Part shown: positions 12,831-25,517 of the stretch, piece after piece
Position numbering within the stretch: the first letter of the stretch is position 1
Layout of the letters: every line of letters starts with the position of its first letter
Origin: Epiperipatus broadwayi
Lineage: Eukaryota; Animalia; Onychophora
NCBI GenBank assembly: GCA_028023455.1
Contig: JAQFVV010000007.1
Span: forward strand, 8,990,001-9,054,000
DNA length: 64,000 nucleotides
Reading direction: 5' to 3'
Notes under the pieces: generated by a model
What the model saw: the letters and a program-made list of their open reading frames with translations, nothing else
Database searches by the model: none
Told to the model about the DNA's origin: nothing
Made by a program: the position numbers and the translations under genes

Positions 12831-14639
12831 TGATGGATTTTAAAAAAAGAAATTTGTTTGGCCCTCACAAGAAATCCAATTGTTAAGCCATAATAATTTG
12901 TTTGTAGATTCATGGTTGAACAATGAGAAAAGAAATCTTGATTTCAGATGTTTTAGATAATGAAACTACATCTTGAGTTAGTAGCAGTGATCAAATAGAG
13001 ACCCGGCATTTCATGTTTAGAGATACAATCAATACATTGCTAACAATGTGATTATATGATGGATTAAAACAGACAAAACTCTCCATACAGTAGTGTCATG
13101 TTTATATGTGATGTTTATATGATGGATTGCTAATATTACCAAGTAAAGTTCCTGACTAGTTAGAATTAATTATATCAAATGAAAATAGATTTTGTTAATC
13201 TTCAATTACATTTTTCACATTTCATACCCAAATTTATTACTCTTAAACTAAAAATACTTTTGGGGTGCCATGACAAATATAAGGTTGATCACAGCTAGCA
13301 TTGATCTATTAGTGGCTAATACTAAAACAAATTTTACATTGACAAAGAAGATGTTCAGAGCACTTGTTTTTTGTTCGATTATTATCTGACTAATGAACAT
13401 AGGCATGATGATATACAAACCTGAGAAGATAAATAGACACTGAAAGAAAAAAAACTAACTTATAAAAATACTTAATCTTTAATGGCAATAAAAAAAAGAC
13501 TCATATACTATTTGACAAAATGAAAGTCTATATTACATCTTTATGGATAAACCATTTCTGCATTTCCAATACTAAATAAATAATTGAATGTTTACTGCTC
13601 AAGGGTTCTTATAAAATAAGTTTGGGTATCAGACAAGAATTGAAATCCATCTGAGGACCATAGACTCCAAAGTCTGACCCACTATCACTACACTAGATCA
13701 TGCAAGTTTGACCTAATAGTGATTTTATAGAATAACAATACCTAGAATAATGGCATTCATCAAAAAACGATTAGAAATAGAATTCATTGAAAGTAGAAAT
13801 GATGCAAAAAATTGATTATTAACAGAACAATAGAGCTCTCTTATTCTACTACTAATTACTTCTTGATCAATATCACTAATCTATCATTATTGTTGTCATT
13901 ACTGTTAGTAACACTTTCATGATGACTGAGTTTATTCCTATCAATAAAACACAACTTGTCTACTCTTCTAAACATAACAGCGAACATGTATGTTATTATG
14001 GAGTGATTAAAAATGTGTAAATTCATACATAAGATATTGATTCCCAACATTCACTCTAAGTTGATAGTTTTTTGGCTGTTGACTCTTCCCCCATAACAAC
14101 TCTCCAGAAGCAAACCATATCTAGCATTAATTTGTATTTATTTTGTTTTCCAGATTCTCTCAAGTCAAGATTTGATTGTGCAAATGAGTGACTATGATGA
14201 CTCTATCTCATTGCAATTTTCCAGAAATATATGATTTAGCAACTTATAACAAATGTATTCCTAATTCAGCACTCATTTTCTGTTCCAGCTGTTCTCATGC
14301 TGAGATTTGATTGGGCAAAGACGTGACTATCAAACACTTGCCCTAATTACAATTCTCTTTTTATTATATTATTTTAGACTTAATAACCAATTCAAATTAT
14401 AAAAAAATAAACTAAGAACTATAATTATAATAATACAAAAAAGGCATGCCATAAGGTAAACCAAGATTTAAATAAAGTTGAAACTTTATAAACATTATAT
14501 TTGTTTCTTCTTTCACCATTTCTTAAAATAGAGAAAAATATTGAACTTTTAAAAGAATAAATCAGTTTTGGTCAAGAACAAAAGAATTGTCCAGTGGCTA
14601 CATTTATTGAATTGGCCATTGATTTCTTGTAGAAGCTTG

Positions 14640-15300
14640 TGTTTAATTCTTGCTCTTTTTAGCCTGCACTTCACAATGAGAGAAACAATCAAGATAGGAC
14701 GGTCTCATTAGAAAGGTTTCTGCGAACTTCGGGAATTATTACAAGTATTTTCAGATAACTGTTTTAACCAGCTCATTATAAAATTAACAAGATGGCTAAA
14801 TCTGAAGAGATTTATAAACATACAAAAGATTATATATATAACAGAATAAAAAGCATTTTAACTCAGCCGCTTTGGGGGGGGAGGGTCATAGTTTTATAAA
14901 TAACACATGATCTACAAGAATTCGATCAGAGCATCACGCAAACCAAGGTAGTAAAGGCTCATCATCGAACACAGACGTCATTTTTTAATCAGCGTTTAAA
15001 TGCTTAAATTGTGTCTATATATATATGATAAGCAAAGATGCCTAGTTCAATTCCAGGCTGTGAACATTGTTTTTAGGCTTCGGAATCTGCAGCAAACCAT
15101 GCAAGTGTTATCAAAACTATGATCAGATCAAATTCAGACTTAGCCATTAATAAGCCCAAATGTAGCACTACTATTAATAAAAAATTAAAAAGGTTAGCTA
15201 CAAATGGATACTACAGTTCTCTTTTTTACGGACTAAATTTCTGTAGTGGTTATTACATGATAATACAGAGAAAAAAAAATTGAAAAGCATGAGATGACCG
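14640..15300 (+). mobile_element. Possible decayed PLE RT-thumb/endonuclease remnant
   Basis: SGIITSIF... and IPGCEHCF...KLKRLATNGYY weakly resemble PLE motifs; many stops. Confidence 0.25.
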
Positions 15301-16629
15301 GACCCATACAATTGTTGTTACCAAATCATAATCATTCATATATTTATACAACTTACTTTGTGTTATGGAAAACTAATTCCAATGCACAGATCATAATAAC
15401 AATGCATAATTTAAATCCCAGCAGAGTCATTAAACAAACTTTCAATGCCAATTTATTAATTACTCAAAAAATAATCCACTTTTATCCAACTATTCAATAG
15501 AAATGAAAATTTGAATTAGCAGTGTTTCAAAGTATTAATCAATCCAGCTTATGATTTCAAATAACATTTAAATTCTAATATTGTTAAGAATATTTTTATG
15601 ACAAAACTAATTTCAATGCCCAAACCATGACAATCATTTACAAGGCAGACCTCAGTAGCTATTCTAACAAACTTGTTAATAATGTACAATTTCTTGCATC
15701 AGTAGTTTACTTTTTTCAACTACCATATTGTGTATTGTAAATAAATCAATCGATGGCTCTTAAAAGTAGTGAACTCTATATAAGTGGATAATCTTCTTCA
15801 AATATTAATAAAGGCAGCTCACATTTTCAAATAATACTGAAAATTTAAATTCTAATAATTTAATGTCTATAAATTAACAATTGCTATAAAACATGTAGAG
15901 CCAGAAATATATCATTCAATAAACAAGTGATTCTGATGCCCAAACCATAATCCTAATACAAATACACAAGTCAGACCCTAATAAAGTCATGCTATATTAT
16001 TATTAAATAAAATTTTCCACTTTTACTGTGTAACATACATAAGTCAGATGCTGATCCTCAAAAATATAAAACTTTACGTTAGTTAGAATCTTCTAAACTT
16101 GTTAATTGTGATGACATTATGAAGGAATTTTTGGGAGATGTTGCTTGTAATTCCCCACTTGAATGTTTTCCTGTATAACCTTTAATGTTAATGTTCTGGT
16201 TCTTCCACTCATTTGATGTTAAAAATGAAACTAATGCAATATTAATATATTAATTTTAAAAAAATTCTAAAGAGGGCAGTATTTTCTAATAGTCAGTTAT
16301 GTCAAAGTAATATAGTCTAACCTCAATGTAGGATGGCTTAAGTTATTCTTTCTTTTGGGTTTGAGATTTGTGAGATTACTTTGAAAAGACTTTTGGAATA
16401 GGAAAAAATAACTTTTTGATTAGTTTATTAAAGATTTATGATTAGTTTTACAAAACAATTGTATAATAATTATTTAAAAACAAAAATATAAATGATTACA
16501 TTTTGTTTTTTAATCGTGATGCTAATAAAAAAAACTATGGTCGGAATTTTGGATTATTTTCACCATCTATCATTAAATACTGAATGTCTAGAAAATTTCC
16601 AAACTTCATTTAAACTTTTGAAATATAAA

Positions 16630-16772
16630 CAACTGTTAGTAATAATATGCAAATAGACAACATAAATTAGTAGGCCAGCATTAGCTAAAGAAGAGTGGAA
16701 AATAATATCACTTGAAACATTGCATAATCCACTAATCTGAGTTAAATATTTGTGTGCTATTACTAACAGTTT
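16630..16772 (+). mobile_element. PLE 3' end with degenerate HHR and inverted tail copy
   Basis: CTAAAGA a gagtg..cactt GAAA ca followed by tgtgtgctattactaacagt; inverted aactgttagtaata at ~16631; homologous to 52160-52255. Confidence 0.55.
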
Positions 16773-18419
16773 TTTTTGTATTTGAAAAGTTTAAATAAAG
16801 TTTAAAATAGAGCCAGTATGATTGTCCCCTTATGAAACTGATTGGTAATGCCTTTATCAACATGATGTTAAGAATTTTTAAAATATTTTGAAATTTATAA
16901 ATGCAATTTTAAAATTTAAAAAAGAGTTTGAGAGACTTTTGATGGCTTCATATTTACTTGTTCCAATTTTAAAACTGAATTTTAGTCAACAAAAATTTTG
17001 TTAATTTTCTGAAGTCACTATCTCACTTTGTTATTATTTTTCAATATTGGCAAATTTCAAATATGCTTTTTTGGACTATTTTTCATTACTGTAAACTTAT
17101 AATTCTAAAAATGAAACTCAATGTGGAATAAAAGTTTAATATTCAGTCAAATGTTGAACATTGATAAAAATTGCCACCAGGGATATCATTAGAAAATGTC
17201 AACTTATTAAAGGCTTAAATTACTAATCAATCCAACCTTGAGTTGCAATAACACTTAGGATTTAAATTTTAATAAATTTTAATAATCCCACAAATAATCA
17301 TTGACTATTGAATAAGTAGCACTGGAAATATAATATTTTATGAAATTAGTTTCTCCAACACTGCATATTTAATGGCTGTTAAAATAAACTAACATCATAA
17401 GATAGTATATTTTAAGGATTACTTATTTAATAGACCTTGCTTTTAATGACATTAAAATTAATAGAATTATACATATATTTACATATAACTAGAATAAATA
17501 CATTATTAATAGCATAGCAACTAGCATAATAATATGATGTATTAATATAATCACCATACAGAACTTTGCTGTGCTTTAAAGTTACATATTTAACTCCTTA
17601 TATATAAATACACAATGGGTTCTGGAGAAAAGTTAATTGCTTCTGAGATACCTTCCAACTCATCTTAATGCAACAACACAGTTTCTCTACTCACCACAAA
17701 AATTTAAAAATGCTAGGGTTTCTAGAAAGTGAGTTACAACATGAAATGTGATAGGGTGTTTTGTATTTTAATCCATGATGGAACAACTTGCTAATACTAT
17801 ACCGGTTGAAATTGTATGTTAATGCAACACAATTCACAGTATGGGTAAAAGTACTTCAAATACAACCATATGCAAGATCAAAGATCAAGAATACTTATAG
17901 ATTATAACTTGTTTACCCACCCTCTAAATCTAATAACTAATTAAAAACACTTTTGTGGTAAGCAATTAATCCTTTTTTTCAATTCCGGCTGGCCACAACA
18001 GTGGTCGAACATGAGTCTCTGGGATTTCTAATATTTAATTCTATCATTCAATTTAGTTTAGTGTATGAGTGAGTTTATATAATTAAAATGCATTTGGAAT
18101 GTCTGTGTGTGTGTGAGAGAGAGAGACATCAAGCCATCATATAGCAGCACAATATTAATGGATAGGTAAATTTTTTTAACTAAAATCAATTAGAAATGAA
18201 CCACATGTAAATTAAGCTAAATTCAGACATATTTAATAAAAATTTATCTATAATTCTCTAATGCCTCGCTACTTAAGATTCCTGTTTATTAACCGACAAT
18301 TTTGTGATTATAAACTTAATGTGTATGCCTATTTCAAAACAGCGATATAATTTATATGCCAATTTTCTTACAAATGGTTGATTTTAATTCTTGGGTTGAC
18401 ACCACTTCAAGTATTTACA

Positions 18420-19100
18420 GAAAAGAGACAATTACATGTCAAGACCCTTGCTTATTATTATTAACTTTCACATGAATGAAAGATTTTCCAAGAGAGAAAT
18501 TATTTGGGTATCTTTAAGAAATGGTTTAGAGAGGATCGACATGTTTGAATATAAGCGTCTCACAATATTCACCAATGACTATGTTACATTAATAAAAGTA
18601 ATAAAATCTAATCCAACCGGTATCAAACTGCCATGAGGTGCTCAATCTGGAGAAAGTGATTATATCCAGCACCTGAATCATGTCACAGACATGAACTCAA
18701 TCTCACTGTCCCAGCCCAGCAATGTCAACATTAGGAACAAAAATTAATTTGCACCATTGGAAATTTAAAAATTTCAGGTGAAAACAAAAGAATCTCCAAA
18801 ATTCACCAAGCTCCACATATCTTGGATTTTCTCTTTTATTTGTTTTCAAGTCCTGATCGACATTTTATTTAAACCAGAGAATCCATCATGTGGTATCATT
18901 TCAGGCAAAAAGCGTAGCAAATCAAGTATAGTGCCAGATAATGTAAAAAAAATACTAGATACAATTTTAAATTATTTAACTGAAAATTACATTGTGACAT
19001 ATTACATTTAACTAATAGCAAATTGACCCAGATTAGATTCCAACAAATAAATTTTATTATTATGCGAATATCACATTTCAGTTTAGGATGATACATCTCT
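18420..19100 (+). mobile_element. Decayed PLE-like reverse transcriptase remnant
   Basis: QTAMRCSI resembles GTAMGSP; LIDILFK resembles FLDILI; frameshifted. Confidence 0.35.
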
Positions 19101-19412
19101 CGCTTCCAAACAAAATCCCAACAAAACATTTTAAATTCAATATTATTAAACTCTCTCTTCCCCTTTTTTATGTTTATAATATAATTAAATGGACATTTTT
19201 GACCCAGCATCTTCCTGAAACCAAACTGTTTACACATAAGGTAAGTTTTCTGTCTATAATCAAATATAAAACATAAATTGTTTCACCTCGACAAAAAAAA
19301 AGATTGCTCTAATTAATAATACCTTAGAGCGAAATCTTAATTTTTACCTGCTGACAGGCATTGGTCAGGAAATAAAGAATACACATTTAAATTAATTCAT
19401 TAGGTTCTTCCA

Positions 19413-19608
19413 TATTTGCCAACCAATGACGTATTGCCCTGAAGCCATATCAGTCTGACCTTGTGATCTTTAAGATAATGTCTCCAAGTGATTTACAGAC
19501 AAATGCAATAGATAAAATTTGTTCGCAGATCATGTGGACCCGGCACATTAAAGATTGCAACATCAGACTGATATGGCTTCAGGGCAATATGTCATTGGTT
19601 GGAAAATA
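19413..19608. mobile_element. MITE-like element with ~46-60-bp inverted repeats
   Basis: tatttgccaaccaatgacgtattgccctgaagccatatcagtctga (19413-19458) is the near-perfect reverse complement of 19563-19608. Confidence 0.7.
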
Positions 19609-20240
19609 CTAAAAAAAAAAATTAAAAAAAATATAAAAAAATGTACATGCATGCGTCAAAATAATTTAGAAATTAAAAGTAATTAATATAATAATAATTG
19701 TATAATTATTATAGTAATTCTATAATTGCAGAAATATGTACATATTTTTTTTTAATTTAAAATAAATATACAAATAAAAAACACTTTTCCTGATTTAATG
19801 TGAATCTGGCATTATTAATGGTGAACTGGACAATTAATTAAAACAATCTAACAAAAAAAAATTTTTTTTTAAATGTACTTGTATAAAAAAATTATATTAT
19901 CTTTACAAATTTTGCGATGTGATTTAACTCAATTATTCATGTTAAAAAAAAACTATTATAATTTATAAAACCACCCTATATTAGGCTCAATTATAAAATA
20001 CAGTGCATAGCACTGGAATTGGCAGGGGGTGGCCTCTAATGTTTTTGACGAGCCAAAGGCTCGGCGTACACCTATATCAGTCATTGTATTACTCTCATAG
20101 CTGTAATTTTTATAATTGCCGATGAATTTACGGAAAAAAAATTTCTGTATGATATAATTCAGAAATTAAAAATAAAATTAATTAATTGTAATTTTTATAA
20201 TTGCAGAATAATATTAAAAACAAAAATGAAAATTACTTAC

Positions 20241-20253
20241 AAATAGCGTCCAT
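20241..20253 (-). CDS. Putative first coding exon (MDAI, phase-1 intron) of an unidentified host gene
   Basis: rc: ccgccacaATGGACGCTATTT|GTAAGT; good initiation context and consensus donor; no downstream exon found. Confidence 0.35.
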
Positions 20254-20404
20254 TGTGGCGGACTAGTAGCAAAAGACAGACAAATGACAAAATTTTCCAA
20301 AGCTCTTTCTGATTTTTAAATCTCGCGGGTCAAAAAAAATCCAAAAATTGGATTAATCATGTCGGTGTCTTGGTTGACATGACAATGTTGTCATCTTATC
20401 ATCG
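20254..20404. promoter_or_regulatory. Putative bidirectional promoter / 5' UTRs
   Basis: Locally CpG-rich island in AT-rich DNA between two divergent GTAAGT donors; TCTCGCG at 20321-20327; palindrome atcatcgatgat at ~20398-20409. Confidence 0.45.
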
Positions 20405-20429
20405 ATGATGTTTGCTGGAAGGAAAATCG
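20405..20429 (+). CDS. Putative first exon (MMFAGRKI, phase-1 intron, or non-coding exon) of an unidentified host gene
   Basis: ATGATGTTTGCTGGAAGGAAAATCG|GTAAGT, donor at 20430; two upstream short ATG-stop ORFs; no second exon found. Confidence 0.3.
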
Positions 20430-20899
20430 GTAAGTATAAAACGTCATCAGTTGAGTAATCCTTAAGTACCATTCATTAATATGAGAACATTGTGGGTAGG
20501 AATTTGTCGAGGTAAAAGCAAACTGGTGTATAAGTAAGATTTTAAAATCAAATATAAATTTAAAATGACATATTTATAAGCAAATAACAAATATCATTTA
20601 TAGACTGCTTGACTAAGAGAAAACTAACTTTACATTAAGATAGGCATAATTTAAAGGCAGGAAATATATTTATATCAGAGGCATTAAAGTGCAATTATAG
20701 AAAGTTAATGTTACAAAATTAAAATAGCATTTAGATCAATAAAGAGAAATTACATTTTAAAGGCACTTATTTACAAGGTACTTAATTATGCGGTCAACTG
20801 GAGACAAATAAAAAATGTTAGCTAACATTTTTCACAGTCCACTTTGAAATCCTGGTCCCATGGTGACACAAGGAATTTGAAATTGACTTCACATTTTGA

Positions 20900-21400
20900 A
20901 TGTAGGAATAACTAGCTATTTATTTTTATTCAAAGTTCAACATTTTGGCAGTTCAAAAATTAAACATTCAAAGAATTTTTTCTGGCTTCATGGCATCTGC
21001 GATTCTATTCGGGACCAAAGGCGACTGATGCAGGCTATAGTCTACTTACCCCAAACACCTATTGATGCACTTCTTTAGATAAATTTTGTATGAACTTAGC
21101 ATGACAATCATCAGAATCAGCACAACTAACTGAAAGCTGCTTTCAACTGCCTTAAACTCAAAACTGTGTTGCAGTCCAAAGTGTATTAAAAAAAAAAACC
21201 AACCACTAACTGACTCCCATTGTTTTCCTCATCTATTTGTACATTTTTAAGTTGCATTCCACAATTTCCCCTTTTGCAATCGCCTGGAGCAAAATCCATA
21301 TCTTTGACTCAGGCAATTATTATACTTGATCTAAACTATTTGAGCATTGTCTTCCTAAGATTCACCCTCCCGATAAACCCAATGATTTTATTGTTTCAAG
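20900..21400 (+). mobile_element. CR1/L2-like LINE endonuclease remnant
   Basis: SIRDQRR..AIVYL (R.DR..GGGV.Y-like) and IIILDLNY (GDFNY-like) in order, with stops. Confidence 0.4.
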
Positions 21401-21720
21401 TTTAAATATAGATTTTTAGAAATTTTCTTTTAATTTAATTAGAAAATCCATTACTATTTCGTTAATGAATTCTCTTTTGTTTTATTTTATAGAATGTAAT
21501 TATGGCTTATCGTAAAATTGAATCTCCAGGATAAAATGCTCAATTTTTTTTAAAAAAAAACATATTATTTTCAAATTTATTTCTTAATTTATTTTAATTT
21601 TATTACAGTTTCCGTTTTTTTAATTCTATATGCATATATCTGCACACATATCTATATCTAATATTTAGAATCATTATTTAAACAAAATATCCAAGATTTT
21701 ATTAACTAATTCTCTGTTGT

Positions 21721-21832
21721 CAAGCGTTGTTAGCTGAGAGATCATCGCAACCGCCTTGCAAGCAAGTAGTTGGTTGCAGACGGTTGTGGGTTCGCGTGCT
21801 GACTGATGCTATGACATATGAAAAAAAAAAAA
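21721..21832 (+). mobile_element. Older copy of the short tRNA-derived SINE
   Basis: gcgttgttagctgagagatca..ccttgcaagc..gggttcgcgtg..gatgctatgac + A12 aligns with the 9.3-kb SINE. Confidence 0.75.
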
Positions 21833-22194
21833 ATTATTTATCTGTAGATTTACTTCATACAAAATGGCAACGGAAACCTCAATAATAATAATTGTTTACA
21901 AACTTGATTATATTAGCAATATTAAAAGACGCGAAGCATGAATAGATCCATAGATCAAGATCCATTGCTTCAATACTGAATTTTGCATTTAAGTTTTTAT
22001 AATAGCAGGGAAAACAGAACAATGGTATAAAATATACTGCCTTATATCATGTCAAAAGAAACTTTTTAAAATGAATATCTAAACTAACGTGTTAATTCAG
22101 AGATGATACTACAAGCAACTTGGAGGAAAACCAATCATCTTTTCACTGGAAAATTATACATATATGTGTGTGTGTTAATTATTTTTCCAATGAT

Positions 22195-22640
22195 TTCAGT
22201 AACTCATTTGTTCTCTTACCCATGTATTTTGTTTCTGATCTCTTCTTGTTACTCCTAACATACATCTCTCCAGTGTCCAAGTATCAAATCCATAAGTAAG
22301 AATTGGTAATATATATTTATTAAAAACCTTTATTACAAACACATGGGCATGTTTTCTTTTAATATTAAGTTATTTCTATCACAAGTACTCCAACCAAGTT
22401 TAATTCTATAATTAAAAGATGAAGAGGACTTGGACATATTGCTAAAAAAAGATGATAATAGATAAGCAGTTGAAATCTTAAACTGGATTCTAAGAGTGTG
22501 TAAAATACCTAGAAAGAGACTACATGTGATATGGATGAATGAAGTAAAGAAATATATTGGAGTAGTGTAAAATAGAGGATCTAGAGATCGAAGGTGGATT
22601 GAACTCAGAGACCTTCATCTTCTGTGAATTGATAATGGTT
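22195..22640 (+). mobile_element. 5'-inverted (twin-primed) RTE copy with (ATG)n tail
   Basis: 22195-22415 matches 28400-28640 in the same orientation; 22416-22640 is the element 3' end in the opposite orientation, ending aatgatgatgatgat. Confidence 0.75.
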
Positions 22641-23505
22641 AAAATGATGATGATGATCTTAATTATTACTTCACAAAGTTGAAATCAAATCAGCCATTCA
22701 GTTCACAGAAAGCAAACTTCTTTCAACTTTATCATAACACTCACATGAGCAACTATTTAACTCTTTCACATTTTTATGTATGTATAGAAAGAACTGATTA
22801 ATTGGTTATTTTCCTATGAAATTAAAGCTGGTAAGAGTGTGTTATTAGTAAATTTAGTTTAAATTTTGATAAACACTAATTATTTTATATTATTACCAAT
22901 TTAATTGATATAGGTATTTGATTTTATCTATATAGAAGTAAAATTTTGAAATTACAGTTTGCAATTACCATTTAATTGTTAAATACCTTGGAAAAATTCA
23001 AAACTTTATTTAAACTTTTTAAATACATTCAGCTTGTTAATAGCACACAGGTTAATATATAACACAACTTTTCAAATGGCAATATTCGCCAATCTTTTTC
23101 AGGTGTCTCTGGCCAGTGATAGTATTAGTATGGAAATCAGACCTGATATCTTCAGATTCATTAACACTGAATTTAATGTGAATCTCTATGTCAAAAGCAA
23201 CAAACAATCTGTATATAAGTTTACCGATGAGAACCCTTCTCATTTTTCCATTTTTAAACTAGGAATTATCAGGCTGACTCTTGGGATTATTTGCCATTAT
23301 GTGCTATTGCTAATAGGTTATTGTATTTGAAAAGTTTAACTAAAGACTGTACATTACTAAATATGTTTAATAATTGATTCCAATGATGAAAATAATTTTA
23401 ATAAAAAATTTTTAATAAACGCACCAATTTTAATAAAACACATATTCTGGCAAAAATTAAACAATGACCAGAGACTGCTAAAGGAAGCTATAGAGATTTT
23501 TTTTT

Positions 23506-23585
23506 TTCATGTGACAAATGCGTTGACTGGGAAGCGAGCCTAACCGCTAGGTCACCAACATTTGATGCTAAAGAAATTTTTTTTA
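23506..23585 (-). mobile_element. Internally deleted tRNA-derived SINE nested in the PLE
   Basis: rc: gttggtgacctagcggttagg..cccagtcaacgcatttgtcacatg + A tail; imperfect TSD aga(g/a)attttttt. Confidence 0.55.
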
Positions 23586-23772
23586 AAGGCCTAAGAACAA
23601 AAATAAAATGTGTGAATTAAAGAAAAATTAACAATATTTGGAAAAAACTATTGGAGGATAAAATATTTTTTAAAACTTCTCAACCAATAGAATTTGAGAA
23701 TGAGAAGAAAATAACAAAGCAAAAAAAAATAACGATTTTAAATCTCACCACGCATATTCTTATATTTTGAGA

Positions 23773-23822
23773 AAGAAGCTCTGAGGAAAGTACTTGTTAT
23801 TGTACTGAAATGTCAGTTATTT
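23773..23822 (+). ncRNA. Minimal type I hammerhead ribozyme, core intact
   Basis: aagaagct CTGAGGA a AGTAC ttgttatt GTACT GAAA tg TC agttattt; stem I gct/agt extendable; GUC site after 23814. Confidence 0.8.
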
Positions 23823-24091
23823 AACTATTATATTTTTATTACATAAAAGCTCCCAGAAATAATGCTATGAATTTGTCTATTATCCATGAGAATATTAGAA
23901 TATATATACACACACACACAAGTAAAATATCATCATGACAACCTTTAAGACTAAAAGTAATATTATTTATTTGAAGATGTGAAAGATATTATTAACTGAT
24001 TATAAACCTAAAACACAAACTGAATAATGGAATGGGTGAACTATAATAATATATATTTTGACTGAAATTATGAAATCCTGCCATATTAATG

Positions 24092-24450
24092 TATACAGTC
24101 TGGTCCAATGCATTTTAAAAAGACAGGTGATTGGTTTGTTTCCAAGCTATCTGCAAAGACTCTTCCATGAAGCAAAGTTTGAGTTATATAGCAATACAGT
24201 TTAGCTACTCATCATAACAATGTTATGCCACTAGAATGTCTACTTCATAAGTTAATAATGTAAAATAGCAATGTGTTTTATATCACAACCCATGATGAAA
24301 CAATGTGTAATATTAAATTTTGTTGTAAATTGGAAAAAGATAATATTGAAACATTTCAAATGATTCAAACTGTGTAGGAAGATGGAACCATAAGTCACAT
24401 TAATGTTTTCAAACAGTTTGCAAGATTTCATAATGGCAAAGAATGCATTT
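24092..24450 (+). mobile_element. Mariner 5' end/transposase N-terminus remnant
   Basis: IKFCCKLEK..IETFQMIQTV-like HTH motif; 5' block ggtgattggtttgtttccaagctatc shared with ~33405. Confidence 0.6.
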
Positions 24451-24488
<38 letters not shown>

Positions 24489-24498
24489 AATGCATTTT

Positions 24499-24532
<34 letters not shown>

Positions 24533-25021
24533 AACATAAACATTACAAGCATAAAGCTAAACTAGTCAATATAAAATCAAAACTACCCCAAATCTAAAAT
24601 TAAACCAGACCAGCATAAAAATAATATTAAAACACAACCTAAGGTTTCACTGCTACAAGCAGACTTCTCAAGTGTAAAGAACTACAAAAAAACCACACAT
24701 TATATATACTATTAAAAACTACCCACAAATCCATTCACTTCCCATCCACCCTTAATATTAAAAGAACTCTTAAATAAGTTAATTGCTTCAGAATAATAAA
24801 TTTTCAATAATAAAGACTCTTTAATTCTTCTCTTGATTTCATTTCTCTCAAAGAAGACAACCTTAGCTTCATCAAAATCAATAGTGTGGCCTGTATCTTT
24901 TTCATGGACTTACAAAGCAGAACTAAGATATCTACTTTTAACTCTGCTTTTATGAACCTTTATTCTTTCATTTAAACTCAAACTACTCTGACCTATGTAA
25001 ACCTTCTTACAAAATAAACAA

Positions 25022-25380
25022 AAGAAGTTTTTGATAGAAAGACTATTCCTGGTGTGGTATATTTTATTCCTTGTTTATTTTGTAAGAAGGTTTACATAGG
25101 TCAGAGTAGTTTGAGTTTAAATGAAAGAATAAAGGTTCATAAAAGTAGAGTTAAAAATAGATATCTTAGTTCTGCTTTGTATGTCCATGAAAAAGATACA
25201 GGCCACACTATTGATTTTGATGAAGCTAAGGTTGTCTTCTTTGAGAGAAATGAAATCAAGAGAAGAATTAAAGAGTCTTTATTATTGAAAGTTTATTATT
25301 CTGAAGCAATTAACTTATTTAAGAGTTCTTTTAATATTAAGGGTGGATGGGAAGTGAATGGATTTGTGGGTAGTTTTTAA
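25022..25380 (+). CDS. GIY-YIG endonuclease domain (C-terminus of PLE ORF, 5'-truncated)
   Basis: GVVYFIPCLFCKKVYIGQ...ERIKVH...H..DTGH...RRIKESLL...IN: GIY-YIG motifs with conserved R, H, E, N; open frame. Confidence 0.88.
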
Positions 25381-25416
25381 TAGTATATATAATGTGTGGT
25401 TTTTTTGTAGTTCTTT

Positions 25417-25460
25417 ACACTTGAGAAGTCTGCTTGTAGCAGTGAAACCTTAGGTTGTGT
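25417..25460 (+). ncRNA. Type I hammerhead with U3-A8 core variant (mirror copy at ~24633-24676, minus)
   Basis: acac TTGAGAA gt CTGCT tgt AGCAG t GAAA cct t agg TT gtgt. Confidence 0.7.
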
Positions 25461-25517
25461 TTTAATATTATTTTTATGCTGGTCTGGTTTCATTTTAGAT
25501 TTGGGGTAGTTTTGATT

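Larger units (their letters stand above)
23034..23830 (+). mobile_element. Decayed PLE (RT fragment + endonuclease C-terminus + terminal HHR)
   Basis: AIFANLF, LYVK..KLGII, QRLLKEAIEI..W.KLL motifs; intact HHR at the 3' end; SINE inserted after EAIEI. Confidence 0.65.

Noticed and set aside
15294-16000. Repeated protein motif (N.N/DAQ.I) as a host gene
   Set aside because: Irregular spacing (~230 and ~320 bp), multiple stops and no splice signals; probably decayed repeat DNA.
20241-20253. Tropomyosin (MDAIKKK) assignment for the MDAI exon
   Set aside because: The next base is T followed by a splice donor, not AAG; four residues cannot identify the gene.
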